From: Chloroflexota bacterium | GTDB lineage: Bacteria; Chloroflexota; Anaerolineae; Promineifilales; Promineifilaceae | Direction: 5' to 3' | DNA length: 64,000 nt | Assembly (NCBI GenBank): GCA_017993775.1 | Contig: JAGOMA010000005.1 | Coordinates: 19,561 to 83,560, forward strand | Shown here: one piece after another, positions 52,812 to 62,640 of the stretch | Layout: each line of letters starts with the position of its first letter | Position numbering within the stretch: the stretch's first letter is position 1 | Program-made: the position numbers and the translations under genes | Notes under the pieces: model-generated | Databases searched by the model: none | What the model was told of the DNA's origin: nothing | Seen by the model: only the letters and a program-made list of their open reading frames with translations

Positions 52812-54440
52812 ATGGCAAAAAGCGAACCATTATCCAATGTAGACGCCGCCTGGCTGGGCATGGAAGACCCAACCAACCTCATGATGGTGACCGGCATCCT
52901 GACCTTCAAAGAGGTCGTAGAACTGGAAGTCATCAAAGAAGTGCTGCGTAAACGTTTCCTGAAATTTGATCGCTTCACCCAACGCATCGTGCAAAATCGC
53001 CTGCCGCTGGCTGCGCCCTATTGGGAAGATGATGAAGATTTCGACCTCAACGCCCACATCCACCGCATTGCTCTGCCTGCTCCTGGCAATCAGGCTGCGC
53101 TTCAAGAACTCGTCAGCGACCTGATGAGCACGCCGCTGGACTTCACCAAACCACCCTGGCAAATGCATCTGGTGGAAAATTTTGGCGAAGGCTGCGCGGT
53201 GATTGTCCGCCTGCACCATGCCGTAGCCGATGGGATGGCTCTCATCTACGTCCTGCTGTCGCTGACCGATATGACGCCAGAAGCTTCGCTGAACCATCCT
53301 GAAGTAGTTGCAGAGCCAAAAGCGGCGGGCGCGCGCGGCGGGATGGTGGGCGCGCTGTTTAAGCAGGCGGGTTCGACCCTGCGGACGACACGCCGCCTGA
53401 CCGGCCGCGTCGTCAACGAAGGGCTGGAAACCTTGAGCAATCCTTCTCGGGCCATGGATCTGGCCATTCAGGGAACGGACGCGGCCGTTGCCGCCGGCCG
53501 CCTGGTCTTTCGCACACCCGATCCGCCAACCATTTTCCGGGGCGAATTAGGCGTCTCTAAACGCGCTGCCTGGTCCAAGCCCCTGCGCTTAAAAGAAGTC
53601 AAAGCCATCAAAAGCATCACCGGCACAACGGTGAACGACGTGTTGATTGCCGCCATGGTGGGCGGGCTGCGCCGCTATATGCTGGCGCGAAATCAGACGG
53701 TCGACGGCCTCAATTTCCGCGCGGCCGTGCCGGTAAATTTACGCAAACAAGAAGAGATGGGCACGCTGGGCAATAAATTTGGCATTGTGTACCTGTCCTT
53801 GCCGGTGGGCATTGAGGATCCGTTTGATCGCTTGCAGGTGATACACAAGCGCATGGATGAGCTGAAAAACACGCCGGAAGCGGCGGTAGCCATTGGCATC
53901 TTGAACGCGATTGGCATGTCGCCTCCGGAGGTGCAGGCGCAGTCGGTGTCTATGTTTGCCAGCAAGGCCACGGCCGTTATGACCAACGTCCCCGGCCCGC
54001 CCATCCCACTCTATTTGGCCGGTAAAAAGATTGAAAACCTGATGTTTTGGGTTCCGCAAGCCGGCCGCGTGGCGTTGGGCATTTCCATTCTCAGCTACGC
54101 CGGCAAGGTGTATCTGGGCGTGAACACCGATACCGGCCTGGTTCCAAACCCGGATGAAATTATCCATTATTTTTATGAAGAGTTTGAGGCGTTGTTAGAC
54201 CTGGTGCGTCAGATCGAAGAGGAAGCGGCCGCCAAAGCGCCGATCACGGCCCAGATTAATATCAATCTGGCCAACGCCGCCGACCTGGACGTTTTGCCGG
54301 GCATTGGCCGGACGATGGCGGAGCGGATTGTGGCCTACCGTGAGGAAAACGGCCGTTTCACCACCATTCAAGATCTCATCCACGTCACCGGTATCAACGA
54401 ATCCAAATTAGGGCTCATTAAGGACCACATCACAATTTAA
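52812..54440 (+). CDS. wax ester synthase/diacylglycerol acyltransferase (WS/DGAT) fused to C-terminal ComEA-type helix-hairpin-helix domain
   Basis: HHxxxDG active site (HHAVADG), the WS/DGAT N- and C-domains, and a C-terminal ~65 aa ININLANAADLDVLPGIGRTMAERIVAYREENGRFTTIQDLIHVTGINESKLGLIKDHITI matching ComEA HhH_3. Confidence 0.8.
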   Translation: MAKSEPLSNVDAAWLGMEDPTNLMMVTGILTFKEVVELEVIKEVLRKRFLKFDRFTQRIVQNRLPLAAPYWEDDEDFDLNAHIHRIALPAPGNQAALQELVSDLMSTPLDFTKPPWQMHLVENFGEGCAVIVRLHHAVADGMALIYVLLSLTDMTPEASLNHPEVVAEPKAAGARGGMVGALFKQAGSTLRTTRRLTGRVVNEGLETLSNPSRAMDLAIQGTDAAVAAGRLVFRTPDPPTIFRGELGVSKRAAWSKPLRLKEVKAIKSITGTTVNDVLIAAMVGGLRRYMLARNQTVDGLNFRAAVPVNLRKQEEMGTLGNKFGIVYLSLPVGIEDPFDRLQVIHKRMDELKNTPEAAVAIGILNAIGMSPPEVQAQSVSMFASKATAVMTNVPGPPIPLYLAGKKIENLMFWVPQAGRVALGISILSYAGKVYLGVNTDTGLVPNPDEIIHYFYEEFEALLDLVRQIEEEAAAKAPITAQININLANAADLDVLPGIGRTMAERIVAYREENGRFTTIQDLIHVTGINESKLGLIKDHITI

Positions 54441-54478
54441 AGACGACTGGCATATGACAATCTTCAGGAGAGGAGCAA

Positions 54479-56125
54479 ATGGCTAAACGAGAAGCGCTTT
54501 CCAGTGTAGACGCCGCCTGGTTGGGCATGGAAGACCCCACCAACCTCATGATGGTCTCCGGTATTTTGACCTTTGATGAGGTATTGGATTTTGATGAATT
54601 TATCCAGGTCGTGGTACACCGCTGGCTGAGATTTGACCGCTTCCGGCAGCGCGTGGTGCATCCGAAACGGCCGTTAGCCGGCCCGCAGTGGGAGTTCGAC
54701 CCCAATTTCAACATCAACGCCCACGTTCACCGCGTCGCCTTGCCGGCCCCCGGCGACTACCACACGCTGCAAAACATGATCAGCGACCTGATGAGTACGC
54801 CCCTCGATTACAGCAAGCCTTTGTGGCAGTGTCATTTCATCGAAGGCTACGAACAGGGCACGGTCGTCATGTCGCGGCTGCATCACGCCATCGCCGATGG
54901 CATCGCCCTGATGTACGTGCTGCTGTCGATGGCCGACACATCGCCGGAAGCTTCTCTGAACCACCCCACCGTACAAACCGATGAAACCCGTCGCGAGCGC
55001 AGCGGTCGGTTTGGTTTGTTGGGGTCGCTGGCGCGGCAGGCGTCGACGGCCGTACACACCGCCCGCGACGTCACCGGCCTCCTCGTCCATGAAGGGCTAG
55101 AAACCGTCAACAATCCCTCTCACGCCGTCGATAGGGCCGTGCAAGGCACCGAAGCGGCGCTGGCCGCCGGCCGTCTCATCTTCCGCACGCCTGATCCCAA
55201 GACATTGTTCAAGGGCGAGTTGGGCGTCGCCAAACGCGCATCCTGGTCCAGACCACTGTCCTTGGCCGAAGTGAAAGCCATCAAAAACGTCACCGGCGGC
55301 ACCGTCAACGATGTGTTAGTCTCGGCCATGACCGGCGCGGTGCGCGCCTACATGCAGCAGCGCGGCGCGCCTGTGGACGGGGTAGCCTTCCGGGCGGCCA
55401 TGCCGGTGAATATCCGGCCGCCTGAAAAAATGGAAGAGCTGGGCAACCAATTTGGCATCATTTATCTGACGCTGCCTGTGAACATAGGCGATCCATTGGA
55501 CCGCCTGGTTGAGGTGCGGCGGCGGATGGAAGAATTGAAAAACACCCCCGAAGCGGTGGTCGCCTTTGGCATTCTGAAGGGGATTGGCATGTCGCCGGCG
55601 GAAGCGCAGACCCGTATGGTAGATATGTTTGGCAGCAAGGCAACGGTGGTAATGACCAACGTGCCAGGGCCGCAAATGCCTCTGTATATTGCCGGGAAAG
55701 AATTGGCCGGAATTATGGCCTGGGTGCCGCAATCTGGCCGGGTGGCGCTGGGACTCAGCATCATCAGCTACAATGGCAAAGTGTTCGTCGGCGTAAACAC
55801 CGACGAAGGGCTGGTCCCAGACCCGGATGCCATCATGGATGCATTCTATGCCGAGTTTGACAACTTGCTGGAGTTGGCGCGGCAGGTAGAGGCGTTGCCC
55901 AAGCAGGCGGCTCCGGCGAAAGGGGCAAATGTGGCGCTGGTAAATGTGAACACGGCCGTTCTGGCCGACCTGGAAATCTTACCGGGGGTTGGAGCCAGCA
56001 TCGCGCAGCGGATCATTGCCTACCGCGACGAGCATGGCCCCTTCCCCACCGTCGAATCGCTGACTCAGGTGACCGGCATTGGGAGCAAAAAATTACAGCT
56101 TTTTGCCGACCAGATTACTGTGTAA
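54479..56125 (+). CDS. WS/DGAT acyltransferase fused to C-terminal ComEA-type HhH domain (tandem paralog)
   Basis: HHAIADG and the same architecture. C-terminus VALVNVNTAVLADLEILPGVGASIAQRIIAYRDEHGPFPTVESLTQVTGIGSKKLQLFADQITV. About 60% identical by eye to the upstream copy. Confidence 0.8.
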   Translation: MAKREALSSVDAAWLGMEDPTNLMMVSGILTFDEVLDFDEFIQVVVHRWLRFDRFRQRVVHPKRPLAGPQWEFDPNFNINAHVHRVALPAPGDYHTLQNMISDLMSTPLDYSKPLWQCHFIEGYEQGTVVMSRLHHAIADGIALMYVLLSMADTSPEASLNHPTVQTDETRRERSGRFGLLGSLARQASTAVHTARDVTGLLVHEGLETVNNPSHAVDRAVQGTEAALAAGRLIFRTPDPKTLFKGELGVAKRASWSRPLSLAEVKAIKNVTGGTVNDVLVSAMTGAVRAYMQQRGAPVDGVAFRAAMPVNIRPPEKMEELGNQFGIIYLTLPVNIGDPLDRLVEVRRRMEELKNTPEAVVAFGILKGIGMSPAEAQTRMVDMFGSKATVVMTNVPGPQMPLYIAGKELAGIMAWVPQSGRVALGLSIISYNGKVFVGVNTDEGLVPDPDAIMDAFYAEFDNLLELARQVEALPKQAAPAKGANVALVNVNTAVLADLEILPGVGASIAQRIIAYRDEHGPFPTVESLTQVTGIGSKKLQLFADQITV

Positions 56126-56130
56126 GCAGC

Positions 56131-56183
56131 GTGAAGCGTGATGCGTGATGCGTGCCCCAAAACGCATCACGCATCACGCTTCA
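56131..56183. terminator. perfect 20-bp-arm inverted repeat (family C) between convergent genes
   Basis: GTGAAGCGTGATGCGTGATGCG-tgccccaaaa-CGCATCACGCATCACGCTTCA. Confidence 0.6.
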
Positions 56184-56750
56184 AAGACCAGACATATCGC
56201 GCAGGTAGCGGCGGGCGCCGGCGCGATTCAGCTCTTCTTCCAGCCGCAGTTTGTAGATTTCCAGGTTTTCTAACGGCCGTTTCAGATTATAACTTTCCAC
56301 CTGCTTATTAATCTGCGCCGCTTTCTCATCCAATTTTCGCACTTCGTCATCCCAACCAATCACCAGCCCGCTGCGAATCCCTTCGTCCTGGACAAACCGA
56401 TATTCCTGTTCATAACGCCGCCAGACGCGGATTACCTGCACGCGAAAAGCGTCGATTTGCTCTTGAATGCCGTTGCGTTGGGCCAGCCAGGCGGGCACCA
56501 TCTGGTTATCTTTCAACAGGCTGTTGGCTATTTCGTTGTTAGCGCTGTAGGGATTTTGGTTCAGGTTCAGCGGTTTGCCTTTGCCGGGAAGATTATCGAA
56601 CAAGCCTTGCTGACGGCCGTCTTCAATCAAATCCTCAATCAAATTTGACCGGTCAAAACGCAACCGCAGCCGGTGCTCAATCAGCCGCTCACGCTCCTCT
56701 TGCTGCGCCTGCAATTCTTCCGGTGTTTCCTTGCGTTCGTCGTCCATCAT
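56181..56750 (-). CDS. DUF1992 (DnaJC28-like) domain protein
   Basis: LIEDGRQQGLFDNLPGKGKPLNL core typical of DUF1992. Confidence 0.6.
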   Translation of the reverse strand: MMDDERKETPEELQAQQEERERLIEHRLRLRFDRSNLIEDLIEDGRQQGLFDNLPGKGKPLNLNQNPYSANNEIANSLLKDNQMVPAWLAQRNGIQEQIDAFRVQVIRVWRRYEQEYRFVQDEGIRSGLVIGWDDEVRKLDEKAAQINKQVESYNLKRPLENLEIYKLRLEEELNRAGARRYLRDMSGL

Positions 56751-56914
56751 TCATCCTCGCTGCCATGTAAAAACTGGTCTTATTGTAACTGCACGGCCGT
56801 TTGTGCCCGCCAGATACTAATCCGACTTTTAGCGAATACAAAACAGGATTGGACGGATCGCAAAAAAAAGGGAAAATTACCCGCCACTTTCGCGGGTGAA
56901 CACAAACCACCCAA

Positions 56915-57820
56915 TTGAATCGGAGAATAACTTTGCAGAAAACAAAATGGCACGCTTACGAAACGATCTATCATGGATATCACACCGTTACAGGCACCCT
57001 GAAGGTAACCCAAGGCATTCTCAGCCCGCGCCTGCGAAACCGACGCGATATTTTTGTCTATTTGCCCCCGTCTTATGCCCACAGCGACCGGCGCTATCCG
57101 GTGCTCTACATGCACGACGGCCAAAATCTCTTTGATAACGCCCTTAGTTTTGCCGGTGAATGGCGCGTTGATGAAACCATGGAACGGCTGGCCTATGAAC
57201 AACAATTAGAAGCGATTGTTGTGGGCATTCCCAATATGGGCCAGCACCGGATGGACGAGTACAGCCCATTCCATCACGTCGGGTACGGCGGCGGCAAAGG
57301 GGATGAATACCTGGGGTTTATCGTCCACACCCTCAAACCGCTGATCGACCAGGATTTTCGCACCCTGCCAGACAAGCGGCACACCGGCATCATGGGATCG
57401 TCCATGGGCGGGCTGATTAGTTTGTACGCCTTTTTTGCTCATACGGCCGTCTTCGGTTTCGCCGGAGTGATGAGTCCATCGCTCTGGTTTGCCGATTACG
57501 CCATGCTGGCCTACGTGGGCGAAGCTGAATTTAACCCCGGCCGCCTTTATCTGGATGCCGGCACGCGCGAATACGGCGACGCCAACCATGAAACCACTCG
57601 CCCACGCACCCAATCGCGGCGCTACTATGCCAGCGTGCGCCGCCTGAAGCGGATTTTGGTCAACAAAGGCTACCGGCCACAGCGCGACCTGCTGCATGTG
57701 GAAGAAAAATGGGCAGCGCACAACGAAGCCGCCTGGGAACGACGCCTGCCGTCCGCGATTGAGTTTTTTTTACGCGACAAAGATTATACAAACGGAACCG
57801 GTGAACTGTTGTCGAATTGA
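56915..57820 (+). CDS. esterase family alpha/beta hydrolase (esterase D / enterochelin-esterase-like)
   Basis: VYLPPSY...YPVLYMHDG and nucleophile elbow GSSMGG. The track start at 56915 is TTG with no clear SD, so the start is uncertain. Confidence 0.65.
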   Translation: MNRRITLQKTKWHAYETIYHGYHTVTGTLKVTQGILSPRLRNRRDIFVYLPPSYAHSDRRYPVLYMHDGQNLFDNALSFAGEWRVDETMERLAYEQQLEAIVVGIPNMGQHRMDEYSPFHHVGYGGGKGDEYLGFIVHTLKPLIDQDFRTLPDKRHTGIMGSSMGGLISLYAFFAHTAVFGFAGVMSPSLWFADYAMLAYVGEAEFNPGRLYLDAGTREYGDANHETTRPRTQSRRYYASVRRLKRILVNKGYRPQRDLLHVEEKWAAHNEAAWERRLPSAIEFFLRDKDYTNGTGELLSN

Positions 57821-57855
57821 GGCTTGCTGGACAATCGTTCGGTTTTGCTTTGGCA

Positions 57856-57888
57856 AGATAGGACCAATCTTGGAGATTGGTCCTATCT
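57856..57888. repeat. perfect 33-nt palindrome (family B: AGATAGGACCAATCT-TGG-AGATTGGTCCTATCT)
   Basis: Related GATTGGTCC/GGACCAATC cores occur at 29385-29420 and 37845-37890 (the latter followed by (CTCCAAT)x3). Confidence 0.6.
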
Positions 57889-58026
57889 AAACCACGGACA
57901 TATTGGCGAGCGCGGCCCAACTTTTGCCGCCCGATTGCGTACAGAATCGTGCCCACCCCGGCCGCGCAGCGCCGAGGTTACAAAATCCGCCTGACCGGGT
58001 AATAAACTGAGAGAATCGGGAATCTT

Positions 58027-58845
58027 ATGGCCGCTTCAACAAATTCCAAGTTTAATATACACATGCTACGGCAACAATTAAACCAACTGTTCGCCTCAAT
58101 TTTGCCTGTTGCGCCACCAGGAACAGATAAACCTGTGCGGACAACGGCCGTTACCCGCCGCCGACTCCTCATGATTATCACGCTCATTGTTGCCGGCGTA
58201 TTGCTGTGGCAAATCCGCCAACCAGCTATGGAACTGCTCTCCCTGGTCGGCGACCAGGAAGCCGTCAGCGCCTTCCTGAAAAGTTACGGCGCATTAGGCC
58301 CCTTGGTGCTGGCTGTCGCGCAGTTGGTGCAAGTCATTATCGCGTTTATCCCCGGACACGTTTTTCTCATCGCCGCTGGATACGTGTATGGCTTCTGGCC
58401 CGCCCTGGTTCTGAACATGGTGTGCATTGTCGCCGCCAGTCAACTGGCGTTTGCCCTGGCGCGGTGGATGGGACGGCCGTTAGTCGAACGCCTGGTAGAC
58501 AAAGAACTGCTCGATCGCTGGTATCGCATCGGCGAAAAACAAGGCTTCTTCTTTTTCACCATCGCCTTCGTCCTACCCGTCTTCCCCACCGATGCAATGA
58601 ATTTTGTTGGCGGATTATCCGGCATCTCCGGCGCAAAATTCCTGGCCGCCAGCATTTTGGGACGGCTGCCCAGCGCCATCATACTCACCATGATCGGCGC
58701 TTACGGCTTAGAATTCAGCCGGTCCACCTGGGGAACCATTGGCGCGTTAGCCGGAATCGCCTTAATTACGGGTCGGATTCTCGTCGCCCGCATCGAAGCC
58801 CGCCACACCATCGCCAACCAAACGGAAGACGACGAGCAGACGTAG
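58027..58845 (+). CDS. TVP38/TMEM64 (DedA/SNARE-associated) family membrane protein
   Basis: Polytopic protein with the family motif region (FIPGHVFLIAAGYVYGFWPAL..., FPTDAMNFVGGLSGISGAKFL). Confidence 0.7.
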   Translation: MAASTNSKFNIHMLRQQLNQLFASILPVAPPGTDKPVRTTAVTRRRLLMIITLIVAGVLLWQIRQPAMELLSLVGDQEAVSAFLKSYGALGPLVLAVAQLVQVIIAFIPGHVFLIAAGYVYGFWPALVLNMVCIVAASQLAFALARWMGRPLVERLVDKELLDRWYRIGEKQGFFFFTIAFVLPVFPTDAMNFVGGLSGISGAKFLAASILGRLPSAIILTMIGAYGLEFSRSTWGTIGALAGIALITGRILVARIEARHTIANQTEDDEQT

Positions 58846-58940
58846 GCTCTAGGCTGCTAGCTCCAGGCTGTACTATGAAAATCTGTTAGATAACAACATG
58901 GGGACTGCGGGGTACAAATACCGGGCGGAATCCACCGGCA

Positions 58941-61900
58941 TCACTCCCGACTTGTTCTTTCCCCGTGGCCCAGCAGAGAGTCTGCCCCTAACGCCGCTTG
59001 TGCCCTGACCACCACAGTATCCAGCGACACATCCAACATTGCATTTAAAGCCAACCCCAATTCCTCCGGCGGCAACTCCTGGCTCTTTTCCGCCAACCAG
59101 GCTTTAATCCACTCTCTCGCCTCCCAAAATGTCGCCAAATGCGAGCGTACATAAGCGGCCAGGGCGATGGCTTCCGGGCGCTGCCCTTCTGCATAACGTA
59201 ATTCAACCATGCCAGCCAACACAAACAGCGTTAAGCCCTTGTCGCCCTGCATCATCGCCTGCTCCATGGCCTGCGAAAGCAGCCCGTTTGCCTGGGTTAA
59301 ATCCCCCCGCCGCACCCAAACGCGAGCCAGTTGACACAACACATAAGCCCTGATCCATGGATTATGGGCATCGGTCAGAAATGTCAAACTCTGCTCATAC
59401 TGGCTTTGCGCCGCCAGCCAATCCTGCCGGCCAAAGCCCAGCTCCCCCAGACCGCGATAGTAATAGCCCAGACCCACCGACATATGCTGCGCCTGGAAAA
59501 TGGCGTGAGCCTTTTCATACGCTTCACTGGCGGCAGCCAAATCTCCCTGAATGCGCTGTAGTTCGCCCCATTCCCAATGCGCCCAGGCCAGGCCGCCCTC
59601 ATCGTTGATCTTGGCGAAGCCGTCAATGCTTTTTTGCCGTAAGGCCAGCGATAGATCAAAATCGCCCAAACGGGCAGCCGCGATACTTTGCCAGGAGTAC
59701 ATGCTGGCCACCATTTTTTGTTCGCCGACCGATGCATACAGCTCGGCCGATGCCTGGTATTGCTGAATGCTCTGGCGATACTGGCCGGCAGAGATGCTGG
59801 TGTCGCCCATGTTGTACAAGACGGAGGCCGCGCCGCGCGGCACATTGAGCGCCTGATAGATGCGCTGGCATTCCTCTAGCAGGCGAAAGGCTTCGTCGTA
59901 ATTGCGGCGGATGGCTTCCAGGTAGCCCATCGTTTGCAGATTTTGGGCCAATTGCAGCCGATTGCCGATGTGGCGGCTGAGGGCGATGGATTCGCCCAGG
60001 TATTGGCGTGCTTCGTCCCAGCGGGTGAGGTCGATGAGTGAGCCGCCGTAAATGTTGAGAGCCACGGCCGTTTCCCACGCATCCCCCTTTTCACGCAGCA
60101 GGGCCAGGCAGCGGGTAAACATGGCCAGCCCGGCGTCCATGTCCAGATGCCAGGCGCTGATCAGCGCCAGGTAGGCATAAGGCAGCGTTGCCTGCACAGA
60201 TTCCTCGATCTTGGGCAACAGCGCCAGGGCGCGCTGGCACAGGGCGCGTGTTTTCTGGCTGGTGAGTTCGTAATTAAGCGACCAGGTACTCAGCACCAGG
60301 AGGTAAAACAGCGTGCGCCAGGTTTCGGGCATATCGTCGCCGCCGGCCACGGCCGTTTCCAACCGTTCCACGCCCACGCTCAACAAGGCATGAAAATCGC
60401 TCAACAAGGCGCGCGCCGAGTAAAAAATCAGCAGGCCGTCCAGCGAAGCATTCACGCGGGCGTACTCTCCCTGCGCCAGCGCCCACAGCCAGGCAGCGCG
60501 GATGTTGTCTTCCTCCAATTCCACCAGGTCGAAGGTTTCTTTTTGATTGGGGCCTTTCATGGCCTCGCCCTGCTCGCGCAGAAATTGGTTGAAATAGACG
60601 CTGTGCCGGTCGGAGACGGCCTGGAGCGTTGCGGGCACGGCCGTTAACCGCTCATGGGCATACTGGCGCAGCAGCTCGTGAATCTGGAAACGGCCGTTTT
60701 CCTCCCGCCACAACAGCGATTTGGTCACCAGACCCATCAGGTCGCGCAGCGACGCGCCGGTAACTGCCTGCGCCGCCTGCCGCGAAAAACTGCCATAAAA
60801 CACCGAGCAGGCGGCAAAAATTTGCTGTTCCGGCGGCGTCAGCAGCCGCCAGGAATAATCAAACACCGCCCGCAAACTGCGCTGCCGTTCCGGCACGTCA
60901 TGCTGCGTCGTTTCCAGAAAATCCAGGCTAGAGGCCATCTCCGTGATAATTTCGGCCGGGGTTAGCAGCGCCAGCCAACCGGCGGCCAATTCGATGCCCA
61001 GCGGCAGACCATTGACGAGTTGGCAAATGCGAATGATCGCCATCTGGTTTTCGCGCGTCAGGGCAAAATCGGGCGAGGTGCGCTGCGCGCTCTGCACAAA
61101 CAGTTTGACGGCGCTGTACTCAGCGGCGTTGGCCTGGGCAGCCAGTTCCGGCGGCGGCGTTTGCATGCCGGCCACCTGGTAAACCTGTTCGCCGCGCACG
61201 TTCAGGCGCAGGCGCGAGGTGGCCAGGATTTTCACGCCGGGCGCGGCCGTCAGAATGTCGGCCGGCAAATGCACCCCTTCGCCAGACAGCAAATGCTCAA
61301 AATTGTCCAGCACCAGCAGCAGCGATTGGTGGCGCAAAATATCCAACAGCTGCTGGCGAGGAGATTCGCTTTCGGCAAAAAAGTTCAGGCGCAGAGCGGA
61401 GGTGAGCGCCGCCAGAATGAAATCAGGCGCGGTGAGGGGGGCCAGAGGCACAAAATAGACGCCATCGGGGAAAACGGCGCGCTCGCCGTTGACGTACCGT
61501 CTGGCCAACTGCAAGGCCAGGCGCGTTTTGCCGCTGCCGCCGGGACCAACCAGCGTCAGCAGGCGGCAGGCGGGGTCGGCAAAGAGCCGGTTGATTTCCG
61601 CCAGTTCGTCCTGCCGCCCGACAAAGGGAGTGAGTTGGGCGGGCAGGTAGGAGCGCGATGGTTTGGGCGGCACGGCCGTGTCCCCTTCAACCACCGCAAT
61701 TCGTTCACCAGAAGGTGGTTGGGTTGGTGTGGCGGCCCATTGACCCGCTTTAATCTGGCCCAGCAATGTCATCGTTTCCGGTTCCGGGGCGATGTCTAGC
61801 TCCTCAGCCAGGGTTTGCACGCAAAAATCGTACTGGCGAATTGCCTCGGCGCGCTGGCCCATTTGGGCGTAGAGGCGCATCAGCAGCCGGTGGGCGGCTT

Positions 61901-62459
61901 CGTTCAACAGGTCCAGAGAGAGCCAGCGCCGGGCGTGGGCTACGGCCGTTTCCCAGGCTCCTTTTTCCCCCGCTGCCTGCGCCAGACGCTGCAAAGCGTC
62001 GCCAAATTGGCGGCGCAACCGTTCCGCTTGATCGTACTGCCAGGCGTCAAAATCGGGCGCGTCGCGCAGAGTAAACCCGGCCATGAAGTCGCCCCGGTAG
62101 AGGGCAACGGCCGTTTCCAACCCTGTCTCATCCCCGGTGGCACAGCCGGATTGAAAAGCCGCCACATCAACCCAGGCGTCAGGGTGGGGCAAAAAAGCGA
62201 CCTGATCGCGCTCTACCAGCAGCCGGCCTTCGCCGATCATCTGGTTGATTTCCCACAAGGTGCGACGCAGGTAGGCCAGGGCGCGTGATTGGTCGGCTTC
62301 CGGCCAGAAGCGGGCGGCCAGGGCTTCGCGGCTGTGGGGCACGGCCGTTACAGACAGGTAAGCCAACAGCGCCACCGCCTTCCGTCGATCGGTTCCCGCC
62401 GCCTGTCCACCCAGGCTAATTTGTGCCGCGCCAAGAAAATAAAGCCGTAGTTCAGCCAA
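58941..62459 (-). CDS. SARP/AfsR-family (OmpR-type wHTH + BTAD) - NB-ARC ATPase - TPR large regulatory protein
   Basis: N-terminal wHTH region (LRLYFLGAAQISLGG...ALLAYL...FWPE), BTAD helices, a P-loop (LVGPGGSGKTRLALQLARR) and NB-ARC, then about 500 aa of TPR. Start placed at in-frame TTG 62459-62457 (GAGGTGG upstream). The longer track ORF overlaps a well-supported divergent gene. Confidence 0.75.
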   Translation of the reverse strand: MAELRLYFLGAAQISLGGQAAGTDRRKAVALLAYLSVTAVPHSREALAARFWPEADQSRALAYLRRTLWEINQMIGEGRLLVERDQVAFLPHPDAWVDVAAFQSGCATGDETGLETAVALYRGDFMAGFTLRDAPDFDAWQYDQAERLRRQFGDALQRLAQAAGEKGAWETAVAHARRWLSLDLLNEAAHRLLMRLYAQMGQRAEAIRQYDFCVQTLAEELDIAPEPETMTLLGQIKAGQWAATPTQPPSGERIAVVEGDTAVPPKPSRSYLPAQLTPFVGRQDELAEINRLFADPACRLLTLVGPGGSGKTRLALQLARRYVNGERAVFPDGVYFVPLAPLTAPDFILAALTSALRLNFFAESESPRQQLLDILRHQSLLLVLDNFEHLLSGEGVHLPADILTAAPGVKILATSRLRLNVRGEQVYQVAGMQTPPPELAAQANAAEYSAVKLFVQSAQRTSPDFALTRENQMAIIRICQLVNGLPLGIELAAGWLALLTPAEIITEMASSLDFLETTQHDVPERQRSLRAVFDYSWRLLTPPEQQIFAACSVFYGSFSRQAAQAVTGASLRDLMGLVTKSLLWREENGRFQIHELLRQYAHERLTAVPATLQAVSDRHSVYFNQFLREQGEAMKGPNQKETFDLVELEEDNIRAAWLWALAQGEYARVNASLDGLLIFYSARALLSDFHALLSVGVERLETAVAGGDDMPETWRTLFYLLVLSTWSLNYELTSQKTRALCQRALALLPKIEESVQATLPYAYLALISAWHLDMDAGLAMFTRCLALLREKGDAWETAVALNIYGGSLIDLTRWDEARQYLGESIALSRHIGNRLQLAQNLQTMGYLEAIRRNYDEAFRLLEECQRIYQALNVPRGAASVLYNMGDTSISAGQYRQSIQQYQASAELYASVGEQKMVASMYSWQSIAAARLGDFDLSLALRQKSIDGFAKINDEGGLAWAHWEWGELQRIQGDLAAASEAYEKAHAIFQAQHMSVGLGYYYRGLGELGFGRQDWLAAQSQYEQSLTFLTDAHNPWIRAYVLCQLARVWVRRGDLTQANGLLSQAMEQAMMQGDKGLTLFVLAGMVELRYAEGQRPEAIALAAYVRSHLATFWEAREWIKAWLAEKSQELPPEELGLALNAMLDVSLDTVVVRAQAALGADSLLGHGERTSRE

Positions 62460-62640
62460 TTTCCACCTCGTTCCAGGGCAAATTATAACGCAAAAGGCGG
62501 GCAACTGGCCGAGTTGGGCAAAGTCGCTCGCCGAAACGTTTTCCGAAACGGCCGTCGCAACGAAGGGGAAACGGCCGTCTCCTAAACTGTCTATATCGAT
62601 AACAAACACATCGAAAACTGACAAAAGGAGCGAGGACATC

